From assembly GCA_964236955.1 (NCBI GenBank), contig CAXSGP010000004.1:77952-116717 (forward strand): a stretch of 38,766 nt of DNA, written 5' to 3'. The position numbers and the translations under genes were made by a program. The notes beneath the pieces are model-generated. The model searched no databases. It had not been told where the DNA came from and worked only from the letters and a program-made list of their open reading frames with translations. Numbering within the stretch: position 1 is the stretch's first letter; every line of letters starts with the position of its first letter. Below are positions 9,268 through 17,767 of this stretch, piece after piece. The stretch comes from an uncultured Oligoflexus sp. Its GTDB lineage: Bacteria; Bdellovibrionota_B; Oligoflexia; Oligoflexales; Oligoflexaceae.

Positions 9268-10020
9268 CTATTGACCGTCAGGCTTTAGAAACACGACCTT
9301 AAAAGTTCTGATCATGATTTCTATATCAAATCCCAAAGATCGTTGTTTGATATAGCGAATATCCAGTCTTACCCAATCATCAAAATCAAGCCGATTCCTT
9401 CCACTCACCTGCCAGAGACCGGTAAGCCCCGGCTTAACCATCAGTCGCTGCAGCTGCCAGCGTTTATACAATTTTACCTCACGCGGCAAAGGAGGGCGAG
9501 GACCGACTAAGCTCATCTCACCCTTCAGAACATTAATGAACTGCGGGACTTCGTCGAGTGAGTAGCGGCGTAGCCATTTCCCCACCCAGGTGACCCGAGG
9601 ATCGTTTTTGATTTTAAAGGCGGCTCCCTCCTGTTCATTAAAAGCTTCGAGGCTCTTCTGCTTTTGCTCGGCGTTGGTCACCATCGTCCTTAGTTTATAG
9701 AGGACAAATAATCTTCCTCCCCGCCCAACCCGGATCTGAGTAAAGAAGATAGGTCCACAACTTGTGACCTTAATGAGCAACATGGCAAGAATCATAGCCG
9801 GCGAAAAGAGCAGAAGGCCGACGAGTGCTCCCCCTATATCCAAGTTGCGTTGAAGCTTCTCCTCTTTAGCCTGTCTCATTAGAACCGGTATTCGACCGGG
9901 TGCGAAATATTTAACGGGGTTTGCGTCTTTCGGCTGCCTTGTCCCACTCCGTTCCGTTCTTGGCTTTGACGGTGAAGGAATGGATGGGTCAACGTTTGTA
10001 GGGCGCGGCTGCGCTGTCAT
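9268..10020 (-). CDS. Priming polyprenyl-phosphate sugar phosphotransferase (Bac_transf, monotopic PGT)
   Basis: GPIFFTQIRVG, YKLRTM, DPRVT, SLDEVPQ, MSLVGPRP, KPGLTGLWQVSGR motifs. AGAGGAG RBS. Confidence 0.95.
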   Translation of the reverse strand: MTAQPRPTNVDPSIPSPSKPRTERSGTRQPKDANPVKYFAPGRIPVLMRQAKEEKLQRNLDIGGALVGLLLFSPAMILAMLLIKVTSCGPIFFTQIRVGRGGRLFVLYKLRTMVTNAEQKQKSLEAFNEQEGAAFKIKNDPRVTWVGKWLRRYSLDEVPQFINVLKGEMSLVGPRPPLPREVKLYKRWQLQRLMVKPGLTGLWQVSGRNRLDFDDWVRLDIRYIKQRSLGFDIEIMIRTFKVVFLKPDGQ

Positions 10021-10067
10021 GTGGCGACTCCTCTATTAGCGCCTGGATATGCGAATAGAGGAAATTC

Positions 10068-10083
10068 TGCAAGAAACAGGCCG
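10068..10083 (-). promoter_or_regulatory. Sigma54 -24/-12 promoter for the sugar transferase/beta-barrel operon
   Basis: Minus strand CGGCCTGTTTCTTGCA (GG-N10-GC with TTGCA), ~48 nt upstream of the ATG. Confidence 0.55.
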
Positions 10084-10811
10084 TAAAATTCTTTGCGACA
10101 GGTCACCGAAATGAGGAGCTTTGCTCTATTTATGAGCTGGCGAAGAACTGGACATCGACTGTCAATTGGTCAAAAAATGGGTTGCTAAAAGTGCGTTTGA
10201 GCCTGTTTTTTACGGCAAAAATTTCTAAGCGAAAGAATGAATAAAGAAAACACCAAACCTGAGCATATCGATTTATTTGTTCGGTAAGAAAGTCGAAATA
10301 TCCTCAGTCGGAGCAGGGCAGGCGAAAGATTCCATCCCCCTCCTGCTCGTCGACTCGAGTTAGAAAATTTATTGATGATTAAGAATTGATGCCGAACCGC
10401 TCTGGATTTTTTAGTGCAGCGTGAGTCAAGTCAGGGCTTAGAATTGCTGCCGCAATGTCATCCTCTACGTGTTTGGTTTGGTCTTTATATTTCTTGAAGC
10501 TCTTACGCTCTTTCATAAGATGGGGCTGATCCAAGTCGAAAGGGAGTTGCTAGGGGAGCTTATGGTTTTTTCTCGAAAGTCGTTGCTTTTTTAACTGGTA
10601 AAAATCAAAGTTGATGCCAGCTCCCACAAATTTCAATTCAAAACAGCGGGGATTTGCTTCGCGAAAATTTGACTTGTTTCATTCGCGAGACATAGGGCAT
10701 AAATAGGTAAAACCATCTGGTAATTCCAGCGCCTCCGCGCTTTTTTCGAATGACTTACTGTAGGCATGCCATCAAGCCTCGTGCTTCATACGGTTTCATA
10801 AGGGTAAAAAT

Positions 10812-12020
10812 ATGACCAGCCGCACCAAGACCGTACTTATGACAGGCGTTACGGGTTTTATCGGGAGCTATCTTGCGTCTGCCTTCATGCGCCAAGGCTT
10901 TAAGATTATCGCCATGACCCGCAATGATCCTCATGGTCAGCGTACAATCGCGGCAATCAAGACGGCCTTACACCAGGATGAATCGGGCATAGAAATTGAT
11001 TTCGTCAATCAACTTATGGTGCTGCCTTATGACTTTGGGGCAATTGCATTTCATAACCGCGACCTCCTCGACACTGTGCAGGAGGTGTGGCACTGCGCAG
11101 CGGAAATGAGTTTTTCCCCAAGAAAACTCGAATCATCCTTTCAGTCCAATGTGGGAATGACTAACGATCTTTATAGCATTGTCTCGGAGCTGTCGCCCGA
11201 ATGCAGACGATTTTTCTATGTGTCGACAGCCTACACAGGGGGTGCCGAAGCAGGATTGAAAAAAGAGATCCTCCACACCAATCCCCAGCTGATCAATCCT
11301 TATCAAGTGACGAAGTGGAGTACGGAAATGTCGCTGGCGATGCAGGTGATGCAGGGCGCACGACTGCCCGTGACTCTTTTCCGACCATCGGTGGTGATTG
11401 GCGACACACGAACCGGCTATTATCCCGGCAGTCCCTTTGGAATCTATATGTATTTCCAAGCGATGCGTTCGGCTAAGGCCCTTGGCGCCAAAACATTAAC
11501 ACTTGATCTCAATATTGAATCGCCATTGCAGCTCATTCCGGTGGGGGACCTCGTTGCCAATGCGATGGCTTTGAGCGCCCGAGTGACGGCTGGGACGCCT
11601 TCGGAGCCGCTGGAAATATTTCACGCGACCGGTCAGGCCGTTCGCAATGCCGCGACTCTCAAGGTGCTGATGAAGATCATTGATCTGGAAGTCAACATCG
11701 GTGATCCGGTCACAACTTTGGATTTCTTTGCCGATAAGATCTGCGGATGGGTCAAGCGTTTTGGTAATGGTCATATCACCTTCGACGATACCAATCTGAG
11801 GCAGGCGCTGGGTGAAAGTTTTGTAGAAACATCTTTAAGCGACGCTGAATTTGCGACCCTATTTACATGGTATCATCAACATCTCGCCGATGCCCAGGCT
11901 CAAAAAGCGCCGCAGAATCGCCTGAAGGAACAGATGGGTCTTAAACTCATTGATCGTTTTGCGACCCGCAAGTCCAGGGAAAAGATGGCGAACCGAATGC
12001 TGAAACGGCGCGAAGCTTAA
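10812..12020 (+). CDS. Extended SDR / NAD_binding_4 (fatty acyl-CoA reductase/thioester reductase-like) oxidoreductase
   Basis: TGVTGFIG Rossmann motif, HCAA, YVSTAY, YQVTK (YxxxK) and FRPSVVIG. Confidence 0.85.
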   Translation: MTSRTKTVLMTGVTGFIGSYLASAFMRQGFKIIAMTRNDPHGQRTIAAIKTALHQDESGIEIDFVNQLMVLPYDFGAIAFHNRDLLDTVQEVWHCAAEMSFSPRKLESSFQSNVGMTNDLYSIVSELSPECRRFFYVSTAYTGGAEAGLKKEILHTNPQLINPYQVTKWSTEMSLAMQVMQGARLPVTLFRPSVVIGDTRTGYYPGSPFGIYMYFQAMRSAKALGAKTLTLDLNIESPLQLIPVGDLVANAMALSARVTAGTPSEPLEIFHATGQAVRNAATLKVLMKIIDLEVNIGDPVTTLDFFADKICGWVKRFGNGHITFDDTNLRQALGESFVETSLSDAEFATLFTWYHQHLADAQAQKAPQNRLKEQMGLKLIDRFATRKSREKMANRMLKRREA

Positions 12021-12209
12021 ATCCGGATGCTCCCTGTTCGATTTGCATGGGACGCTTGAACCCAAGGGAAGGGCCGATAAAAAAGGCCGTTCGCGGCTGC
12101 GACTGTCCTTTCTATCAAGTCAAGCTTCAGCGTCATGACTTTAGAATACTTTGCCGTAATCCCCCTCTTTTTAAAGAGGGGATGTAAGGCACCATCCAAG
12201 AAAAAAAGA

Positions 12210-12238
12210 TTTAAATCCTTAAAAATACGTGCTAACAC
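12210..12238 (+). promoter_or_regulatory. Possible sigma70-type promoter for the candidate ncRNA
   Basis: A-tract (12198-12207), TTTAAA-N17-TAACAC with an extended-10 TG. Predicted +1 near 12245 coincides with the first stem. Confidence 0.3.
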
Positions 12239-12244
12239 CTGATC

Positions 12245-12440
12245 GTCGATACGCATTTAAAAACTGGGACGACGTTCTCATCCCTAACGTATCGAGTAAC
12301 ATCAGCGGCGTGGTTCCGCCTCCCTGGCCGTAAGGTCAGGCCCTAGCGAAAGGTGACAGGTCACCCAACGCAAACCTTAAGCGGCGAAAGCTGCCTGCAT
12401 TCTAACTACAGGATGCTCGGTCATTCATTTCCGAGAGGAT
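12245..12440 (+). ncRNA. Candidate structured non-coding RNA of unknown family
   Basis: Seven consecutive stems between convergent genes, two capped by GNRA tetraloops (GTAA, GAAA). Three stems carry G-U pairs that only work on the + strand. Confidence 0.55.
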
Positions 12441-12441
12441 A

Positions 12442-14685
12442 TCACAGGTCCCAAAGATAAGTCTCAAGTGCCAGGCGATCGTTTTTGGGCAATGCCATGT
12501 ATGCTTTCACTGATTTGCTGGCTTCTCCGCCATGCCATAGAATGGCTTCCGCTAAGGTCTGGGCACGGCCATCGTGAAGGAGTTGGATCGGATTTTGATT
12601 GGCCACTCGCTGAGCATCGGTCCACAGGATAGAAATATTTCCCGGGGTAAAGATATCCAAATGATCGTCAGTCGCATGCTTGACGTTTTTTAGGCCCCAA
12701 AGAGGGGCTGTGCGCCATTGAGTTGAAATGGCGTTAGGCCTTTCTTCACCGAGGTCCTGGCCCATATCATGAAGGGCAAGGTCGGTGAACGGCTGTATCA
12801 ACTGATCCGCAAGTTCTGGAAACTTGGAAGGCCCCGTGCGTATGCTTTTCACGTGGCAGCTTTGACAATTAAGGCGATCGAACACCGCTTCGCCGTTGAC
12901 GACAGCAGAATTTGTCGGATCAAAGCGAGGAGGTACTCCGAGGAGTGCGATATAGGCTTCCAAGCTGTCGATTGCCTCGACCGGAAGCTCGCCTTTGCCA
13001 CGCAAGCAGCCGTTGCCGCAATCCAGTGCGACAAAGTTTTTCGATAGAACTCCCATATCATTTTTCAGGGCCGCGCCGATCTGCTCTCTAAGGCTGGTCT
13101 TGTCGGCTTTCCAACCAAAACGGCCAATTTTACCGTTGAAAGTTTGAAGGATACCTCCCGATTTTAGAGCCAGCTCTTTTAGTGTCGTCTCAGGGATGGC
13201 TTCCAATAAGCCCATACCTATCATCGCAGGAGGACGGCGAGGCGAAAGGCCGATACTGCCAAGATCCTGATTCGAACTAATTTCAAAGTTTGGTTTCTTG
13301 AGGGTAACTGTTGAGCCATCATCCAAGGTAACGACTTTGGTTTCATAGTTACTGACAGTCAACTTTCCTTCGGCGTTAGCACCTTGGGTCTGAAGCTGAT
13401 CGCCAAGGAGGACATGGCGATGGCCCGTTTTTTTATCGAAGGTTTTCACAATGGTGTGGTCGACTGGCAGGCCGATGGCAGGCAGCAAACTTGAGCCGTT
13501 ATTGACGTGACATGTGTTACAGCTAGCAACGTTGTAGGCAGTCGAGGAAAACGCGGCACGTTCCGCTCGGGTCGCCTCGAAAAATATCGTAGGCTTGTCA
13601 TCTGATTTATCGGCAATATGCTCACCCGATACCAAATCAGTATGAAACCAGGTCCTGCCGGTCATGAAGCTTTGAGAGTTCGCGTGAGTCAGATTAAGGG
13701 CCTGCTGCTGCAAAGCTTTCCATGGTTCGACGCGCGTGGTAGGAGTCGTCGTCCAGCCCCCACTGTTACGGAGTGGTGACGCGATTTTATTGGGAGCGTG
13801 GGGATTGTCGAGATAGAGGCCTGCCTCACCCACGCGGATACGGAGGAATTCGGAGTAATAGGCCGAAATATTGTGGGGATTGGCGGCTTTTTGCGCCGCC
13901 CAGCCGGGAAAGGATTCGTCCATAAAGAAGCGAAATTCAAAAGTAAGAATTTGGCCTTTTTTGAAACTATCGGCATTAGCCGCCAGGTCGTTGGGTCCTA
14001 GAGTCACTTGAAAGACGCGGAAACCGGCGATATGCTGCATTCTTATGTTCATAGCAAATTTACTTCGGGTCGTCTCGGAGGCCGCTTCGGGATCACCGGT
14101 ATAGATGGCTGAGAAGTCAGGACCGCGGGTCGGGATATAGTTTTGTGGCCATTCCGTCGTCAGCGTAAATGTAATACTCTTCTGATCGGTCTGCGAAGCG
14201 TCTTCCACTGTGAACTTGGATTGACGGCCTTCCCAGTAGAACGGATTGTATTTCGAATAGTCCATATCATTTTCGTGCCGACGTCGCGGTCTGATCTGTC
14301 CTTCAGTGATGATGACACCGCCTTCTAAAACGGAATTTATCGATCTTCCTAAAGCTTGAAAACTTGGCGAATCAATCTCGGAGCCATCTTGCATCGGCTT
14401 ATTGTCAGGGGGTGGGTACGGACCGGGATCATTCCCTGTAAAATCTTTATTTAGCTTTTCTGTTGAAGGATAGGCAGGCGGAGGGGAAGGATTCTTATCG
14501 ACCGCAGGGCTGTTAGTATCGCTGTCTTCGGCTTTCATCAGGGCAGGGGTCGCGGGGAACGGTTGGCCAACGGATGCGACCAGCTTTGTTGACTCAGATA
14601 GAGAATGGGAGCTGATGTCCTTTTGCGCATCTGAGCAGCCTATCCCTGTCAGGGCGAAAGCAAGAATCGCGAAATGAACCTTCAT
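12442..14685 (-). CDS. Di-heme oxidoreductase (DHOR) family lipoprotein with a long N-terminal extension
   Basis: Lipobox GIGC, two CxxCH motifs (CNTCH, CQSCH), GRFGWKA, FTDLALHDMG, WRTAPLWG, LHDGRA and AILWHGGEA. AGGAG RBS. Confidence 0.9.
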   Translation of the reverse strand: MKVHFAILAFALTGIGCSDAQKDISSHSLSESTKLVASVGQPFPATPALMKAEDSDTNSPAVDKNPSPPPAYPSTEKLNKDFTGNDPGPYPPPDNKPMQDGSEIDSPSFQALGRSINSVLEGGVIITEGQIRPRRRHENDMDYSKYNPFYWEGRQSKFTVEDASQTDQKSITFTLTTEWPQNYIPTRGPDFSAIYTGDPEAASETTRSKFAMNIRMQHIAGFRVFQVTLGPNDLAANADSFKKGQILTFEFRFFMDESFPGWAAQKAANPHNISAYYSEFLRIRVGEAGLYLDNPHAPNKIASPLRNSGGWTTTPTTRVEPWKALQQQALNLTHANSQSFMTGRTWFHTDLVSGEHIADKSDDKPTIFFEATRAERAAFSSTAYNVASCNTCHVNNGSSLLPAIGLPVDHTIVKTFDKKTGHRHVLLGDQLQTQGANAEGKLTVSNYETKVVTLDDGSTVTLKKPNFEISSNQDLGSIGLSPRRPPAMIGMGLLEAIPETTLKELALKSGGILQTFNGKIGRFGWKADKTSLREQIGAALKNDMGVLSKNFVALDCGNGCLRGKGELPVEAIDSLEAYIALLGVPPRFDPTNSAVVNGEAVFDRLNCQSCHVKSIRTGPSKFPELADQLIQPFTDLALHDMGQDLGEERPNAISTQWRTAPLWGLKNVKHATDDHLDIFTPGNISILWTDAQRVANQNPIQLLHDGRAQTLAEAILWHGGEASKSVKAYMALPKNDRLALETYLWDL

Positions 14686-14993
14686 CTAAACTCCTGGAGC
14701 AATCACGAAAACATAAACATAGCCAATAGGATTTGCATAATTTGGCTTACTAAGTCACGATTTGCGAATTTTATGTTTGTCGAGCGGATTAGAGTTTTTA
14801 CCTTAGCATTTCCGAGTGGCTAAATTGTAAACGAATTCTCTCATTTTTCTGAATGGTTTGGTGGGCTTGTCTTCTAAAAAAGACAGTAATTTTAAATCAA
14901 TAATTGCGTATTAAAATCACTAAATATTATCCGGTCCGCATTGGGATAATCAATGTCTTAGCTTAGCGTAACAATTTGATATTTAAACATTAT

Positions 14994-15293
14994 TCATGAA
15001 TTTTTCCAGCTAACAGGTGTTTCTTGACAACCCGGGAATGATGCAAAATTACGAAAATTACCCATGCCGCCTTTAAAAGACTCAGAATCGATATCTTTTG
15101 AAATGTCAATGAAGAAAAATAGCATTTTTTTACTCATCCAGTTCACTTGGACATTCAAAATTCCAAAGCTCGGCTCTATCGCTTCCACAGAGTGTTTCTT
15201 TTTTGCTGCCGAATACATAAATATAATCGGATTAAAAGTTGGGCAAGACGGACGCTGTACGATGCGAAATCGGAATAGTGTGGGCTTGCTCAT
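14994..15293 (-). CDS. Possible small hypothetical protein (99 aa)
   Basis: ATG at 15293, 9 nt after the TSUP stop, opens MSKPTLFRFRIVQ. No recognisable motif and a weak RBS. Confidence 0.3.
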   Translation of the reverse strand: MSKPTLFRFRIVQRPSCPTFNPIIFMYSAAKKKHSVEAIEPSFGILNVQVNWMSKKMLFFFIDISKDIDSESFKGGMGNFRNFASFPGCQETPVSWKNS

Positions 15294-15301
15294 GAATAAG
15301 C

Positions 15302-16174
15302 TTAACTGGCCTCTGCCAGGAACCGAACGATGTAGCGGAGCAAGAGGCAGCAGGTGACGATCAAAACAACCACGCGAACAAGATTCTGTCCGCGCTTCAA
15401 TACGAAACCCGAACCGAGGTAACTGCCTAAGGCATAAAACAGGGCGCCCGCAATTCCGAACGACCATAGATTACGCCCGAGGCTAATGAAAAATAGCAAG
15501 GCACCAATGTTTGAGGCCAGATTAAATACTTTTGTTGTAGCATTGGCGCTTAAGGTTTGAACACCATGATATTCGAGTAGGTTCATGTAAAAAGCGCCGG
15601 CACCTGGACCAAGCAAACCATCGTAACAGGCTACGCCCCCAATCCCCGCCGATGTTCCCCATTGCCTAAGCTTTGTTAAGAGGTCGCGGGATGAATTCTC
15701 TCGCGATAAGTCCCCGGTGCCAACAGTGGCCGCGGTTTTAGCGTGCGGATTCCAAAACCAACGTTTGATCATAAAACCCATGACAAGGATAAGCAGGAAG
15801 GGAATTATGCTGCTGATATGGCTCAAAAATGCCTCCTGCTGCGAGAGAAAGGCGCCCAGCGCCGCCGCAACTGCACAAATCAACACGAGGAAGGTCCAGT
15901 TTTGCCAAGCGAGCTGAGGCAGAAGGTTGGCCCGGCGATAGCGGAGTAGTGCGGGCAGGGACCCAAACGTGGTAATCGTCTTATTGGTCCCAAGCAAAAA
16001 TATCGGCGGCACACCGATATTGAGCAGAGTGGGTACCGTGATCAGTCCACCGCCTCCACCCATCGAATCAACGATTCCGGCCGCAAAGGCCGCGACTATC
16101 AGTGGCCACACTTGAATAGCAAAATTCATGATAGAGCGGGTTAAGGCTGGGTTCATGGCAGAAGGCCTTTCCAA
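15302..16174 (-). CDS. TSUP family (TauE/SafE, YfcA-like) transporter
   Basis: AGIVDSMGGGGGLITVP, LGTNK, YDGLLGPGAG and TKVFNLASN motifs. True start may be ATG 16156 or 16129. Confidence 0.92.
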   Translation of the reverse strand: MERPSAMNPALTRSIMNFAIQVWPLIVAAFAAGIVDSMGGGGGLITVPTLLNIGVPPIFLLGTNKTITTFGSLPALLRYRRANLLPQLAWQNWTFLVLICAVAAALGAFLSQQEAFLSHISSIIPFLLILVMGFMIKRWFWNPHAKTAATVGTGDLSRENSSRDLLTKLRQWGTSAGIGGVACYDGLLGPGAGAFYMNLLEYHGVQTLSANATTKVFNLASNIGALLFFISLGRNLWSFGIAGALFYALGSYLGSGFVLKRGQNLVRVVVLIVTCCLLLRYIVRFLAEAS

Positions 16175-16335
16175 TTCAATTTAAGATGAAGGGATCACTG
16201 GCCCCGTTAAGACTCAAACCATAGTCTTGCAGTCGCATTCGTTTCTGATAAACTTCCTTAGGTTCCCTAAATCGATAGAAGTTCACCAGCCGCTCAGGGC
16301 CGTGCTAGTCACGAAGACAAGAATTTAGGTGATTT

Positions 16336-17562
16336 GTGTTCAGAACTCATCCTGTTTTGTTTTTTTCGTCTGCGCTATTTTTCGGTAGCTTGATCTTGGG
16401 CTGTGCGAACGACACAGAATTGAGTGATGCGATAGCCGCAGACTTTAGCTACAATGACATGAAATCCAAAGCAAAGGCCGATCCCATCGATCCTGAGCAG
16501 CCGGCCTTAGCTGTTGCCACGGTGGCCAGCCTCATTTCGGTCAGTGAAGTCTTGGTGAGAGAGCCTGAGCGATTTACGAAAGCATTGTGCAATGACGGCA
16601 AAATCTATGATCTCGAATACAACAACGGCCGCTTTTCGCTAGCCGCTGAGCCCTTTAGCGTCTGCGCACTCTTTGCCGATACCTCGGCACTCAAACCTTT
16701 AGGAATGTGCGCCGATGATAATTGCGAAGCTTCGACGGTCAGCGAATGTAGCGAGCCCGAAAAAAATGAGCTTCTGAAGTCTTTTGCCGAAGCTCAAAAA
16801 GTTCAACGCTGCTGGCATGTCGGGGCTTTCCCCTCGCTCCAGTTCACCGTGCTTATGACTAAAATCGGCCCAAGCTGTCAGGCTCAAACCCTGGTCAAGA
16901 CTGCAAAGAATTGGCTGCAGCTGAGCAGCATCGATGGCACTTATGAAACAAGAAAAACCCAGGATTCTGAAGGCACCGGTTGCTGGTGGGAGGCGGGAAC
17001 CAACTCTATCTACGAAGGTGATTGGTTTGGTCATGCGAAGCGAGTGGTGCCGATCATGGCCTTTGAAAAAGGCAAGGGACTCTATGCCATCCTAAGAAGC
17101 AGTTGGAGCGGCAGCGAAAACTATCAGCTGTTTCGGCTCGATGGCGAAAAGGCCATCGAAATAGAAAGTTTTGCTGAAGCCTTTACGGAAACCGGCAGCG
17201 ACGCGAGCTTTTCCCCCGGGCCTCCCCCCGAGATCGAGCCCCATGTGAATCCTATTGCAGCCCCTGTATCTAGGGCTAAAGCAGATGGTAAAGGCAAAGG
17301 CAAGGGCAAGGGCAAGGGCAAAGCCACAAGCAGAGGCCAAGCTGCAGCCAAAAAGGGTGGGGGCACTTCCGTCAAGTCTGAAGTCCAGGAACCCATTTTG
17401 GCAAGTCCTCCCCCTGATGAGACCGCAGTGTCGCCTCTGGACAGGGAGGCAATTCCAGAGGCCACGCCTGAAGCAGGTTCTGAGCCCGAAACCATGTCGG
17501 CCCCCGAACGTCAGGATCTGCCACCCCCGCCGCCTGATACTTTGCCTGAAAGTGCCGACTAA
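16336..17562 (+). CDS. Hypothetical lipoprotein with a Cys-containing core and a low-complexity Gly/Lys and Pro/Glu-rich tail
   Basis: Lipobox LILGC, AGGTG RBS before GTG, long uninterrupted ORF. Confidence 0.75.
   Translation: MFRTHPVLFFSSALFFGSLILGCANDTELSDAIAADFSYNDMKSKAKADPIDPEQPALAVATVASLISVSEVLVREPERFTKALCNDGKIYDLEYNNGRFSLAAEPFSVCALFADTSALKPLGMCADDNCEASTVSECSEPEKNELLKSFAEAQKVQRCWHVGAFPSLQFTVLMTKIGPSCQAQTLVKTAKNWLQLSSIDGTYETRKTQDSEGTGCWWEAGTNSIYEGDWFGHAKRVVPIMAFEKGKGLYAILRSSWSGSENYQLFRLDGEKAIEIESFAEAFTETGSDASFSPGPPPEIEPHVNPIAAPVSRAKADGKGKGKGKGKGKATSRGQAAAKKGGGTSVKSEVQEPILASPPPDETAVSPLDREAIPEATPEAGSEPETMSAPERQDLPPPPPDTLPESAD
17288..17323 (+). repeat. In-frame hexanucleotide tandem repeat (GGYAAR)x6 encoding (GK)6
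   Basis: ggtaaaggcaaaggcaagggcaagggcaagggcaaa read directly from the sequence. Confidence 0.85.
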
Positions 17563-17767
17563 ATGGGAACAGTGCCGGCGCAACGTGCGGGCCACGAGTC
17601 CTACATTTGGACCTATCCCCATCTGACTGCTGCGGCATTCTCCAGACCGTAGCCGGTTTTTATCTTGGGCTTCGGGCCACCAGGGCCGTAGCGTGTAATA
17701 AGTGCAGCTTTACAGGTGAGCCTGCAAGCCGTAGTTTGTTACATCCTTTGCATGGGGAGAAGAAAAA

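Noticed and set aside
10381..10625. Fragments reminiscent of raiA-motif RNA or riboswitch consensus
   Set aside because: Short matches in the wrong order with no supporting secondary structure.
12017..12256. 79-aa minus-strand ORF
   Set aside because: No convincing RBS or motif; it overlaps a region better explained by + strand RNA structure.
12304..12345. Resemblance to an HDV-like ribozyme core (GCC-TCCCT-GGC)
   Set aside because: L3 is too short and no P1 partner or P2 closure could be found.
12055..12435. Short matches to remembered E. coli 6S RNA segments and a tmRNA-like GCAAAC reading frame
   Set aside because: The 6S-like segments are out of order. There are no tRNA-like ends and the frame does not end in an AA-type tag, so neither 6S nor tmRNA can be called.
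14944..14958. Possible Fur box upstream of the DHOR gene
   Set aside because: Only a partial match in AT-rich DNA, ~260 bp from the start; an IHF consensus fits better.
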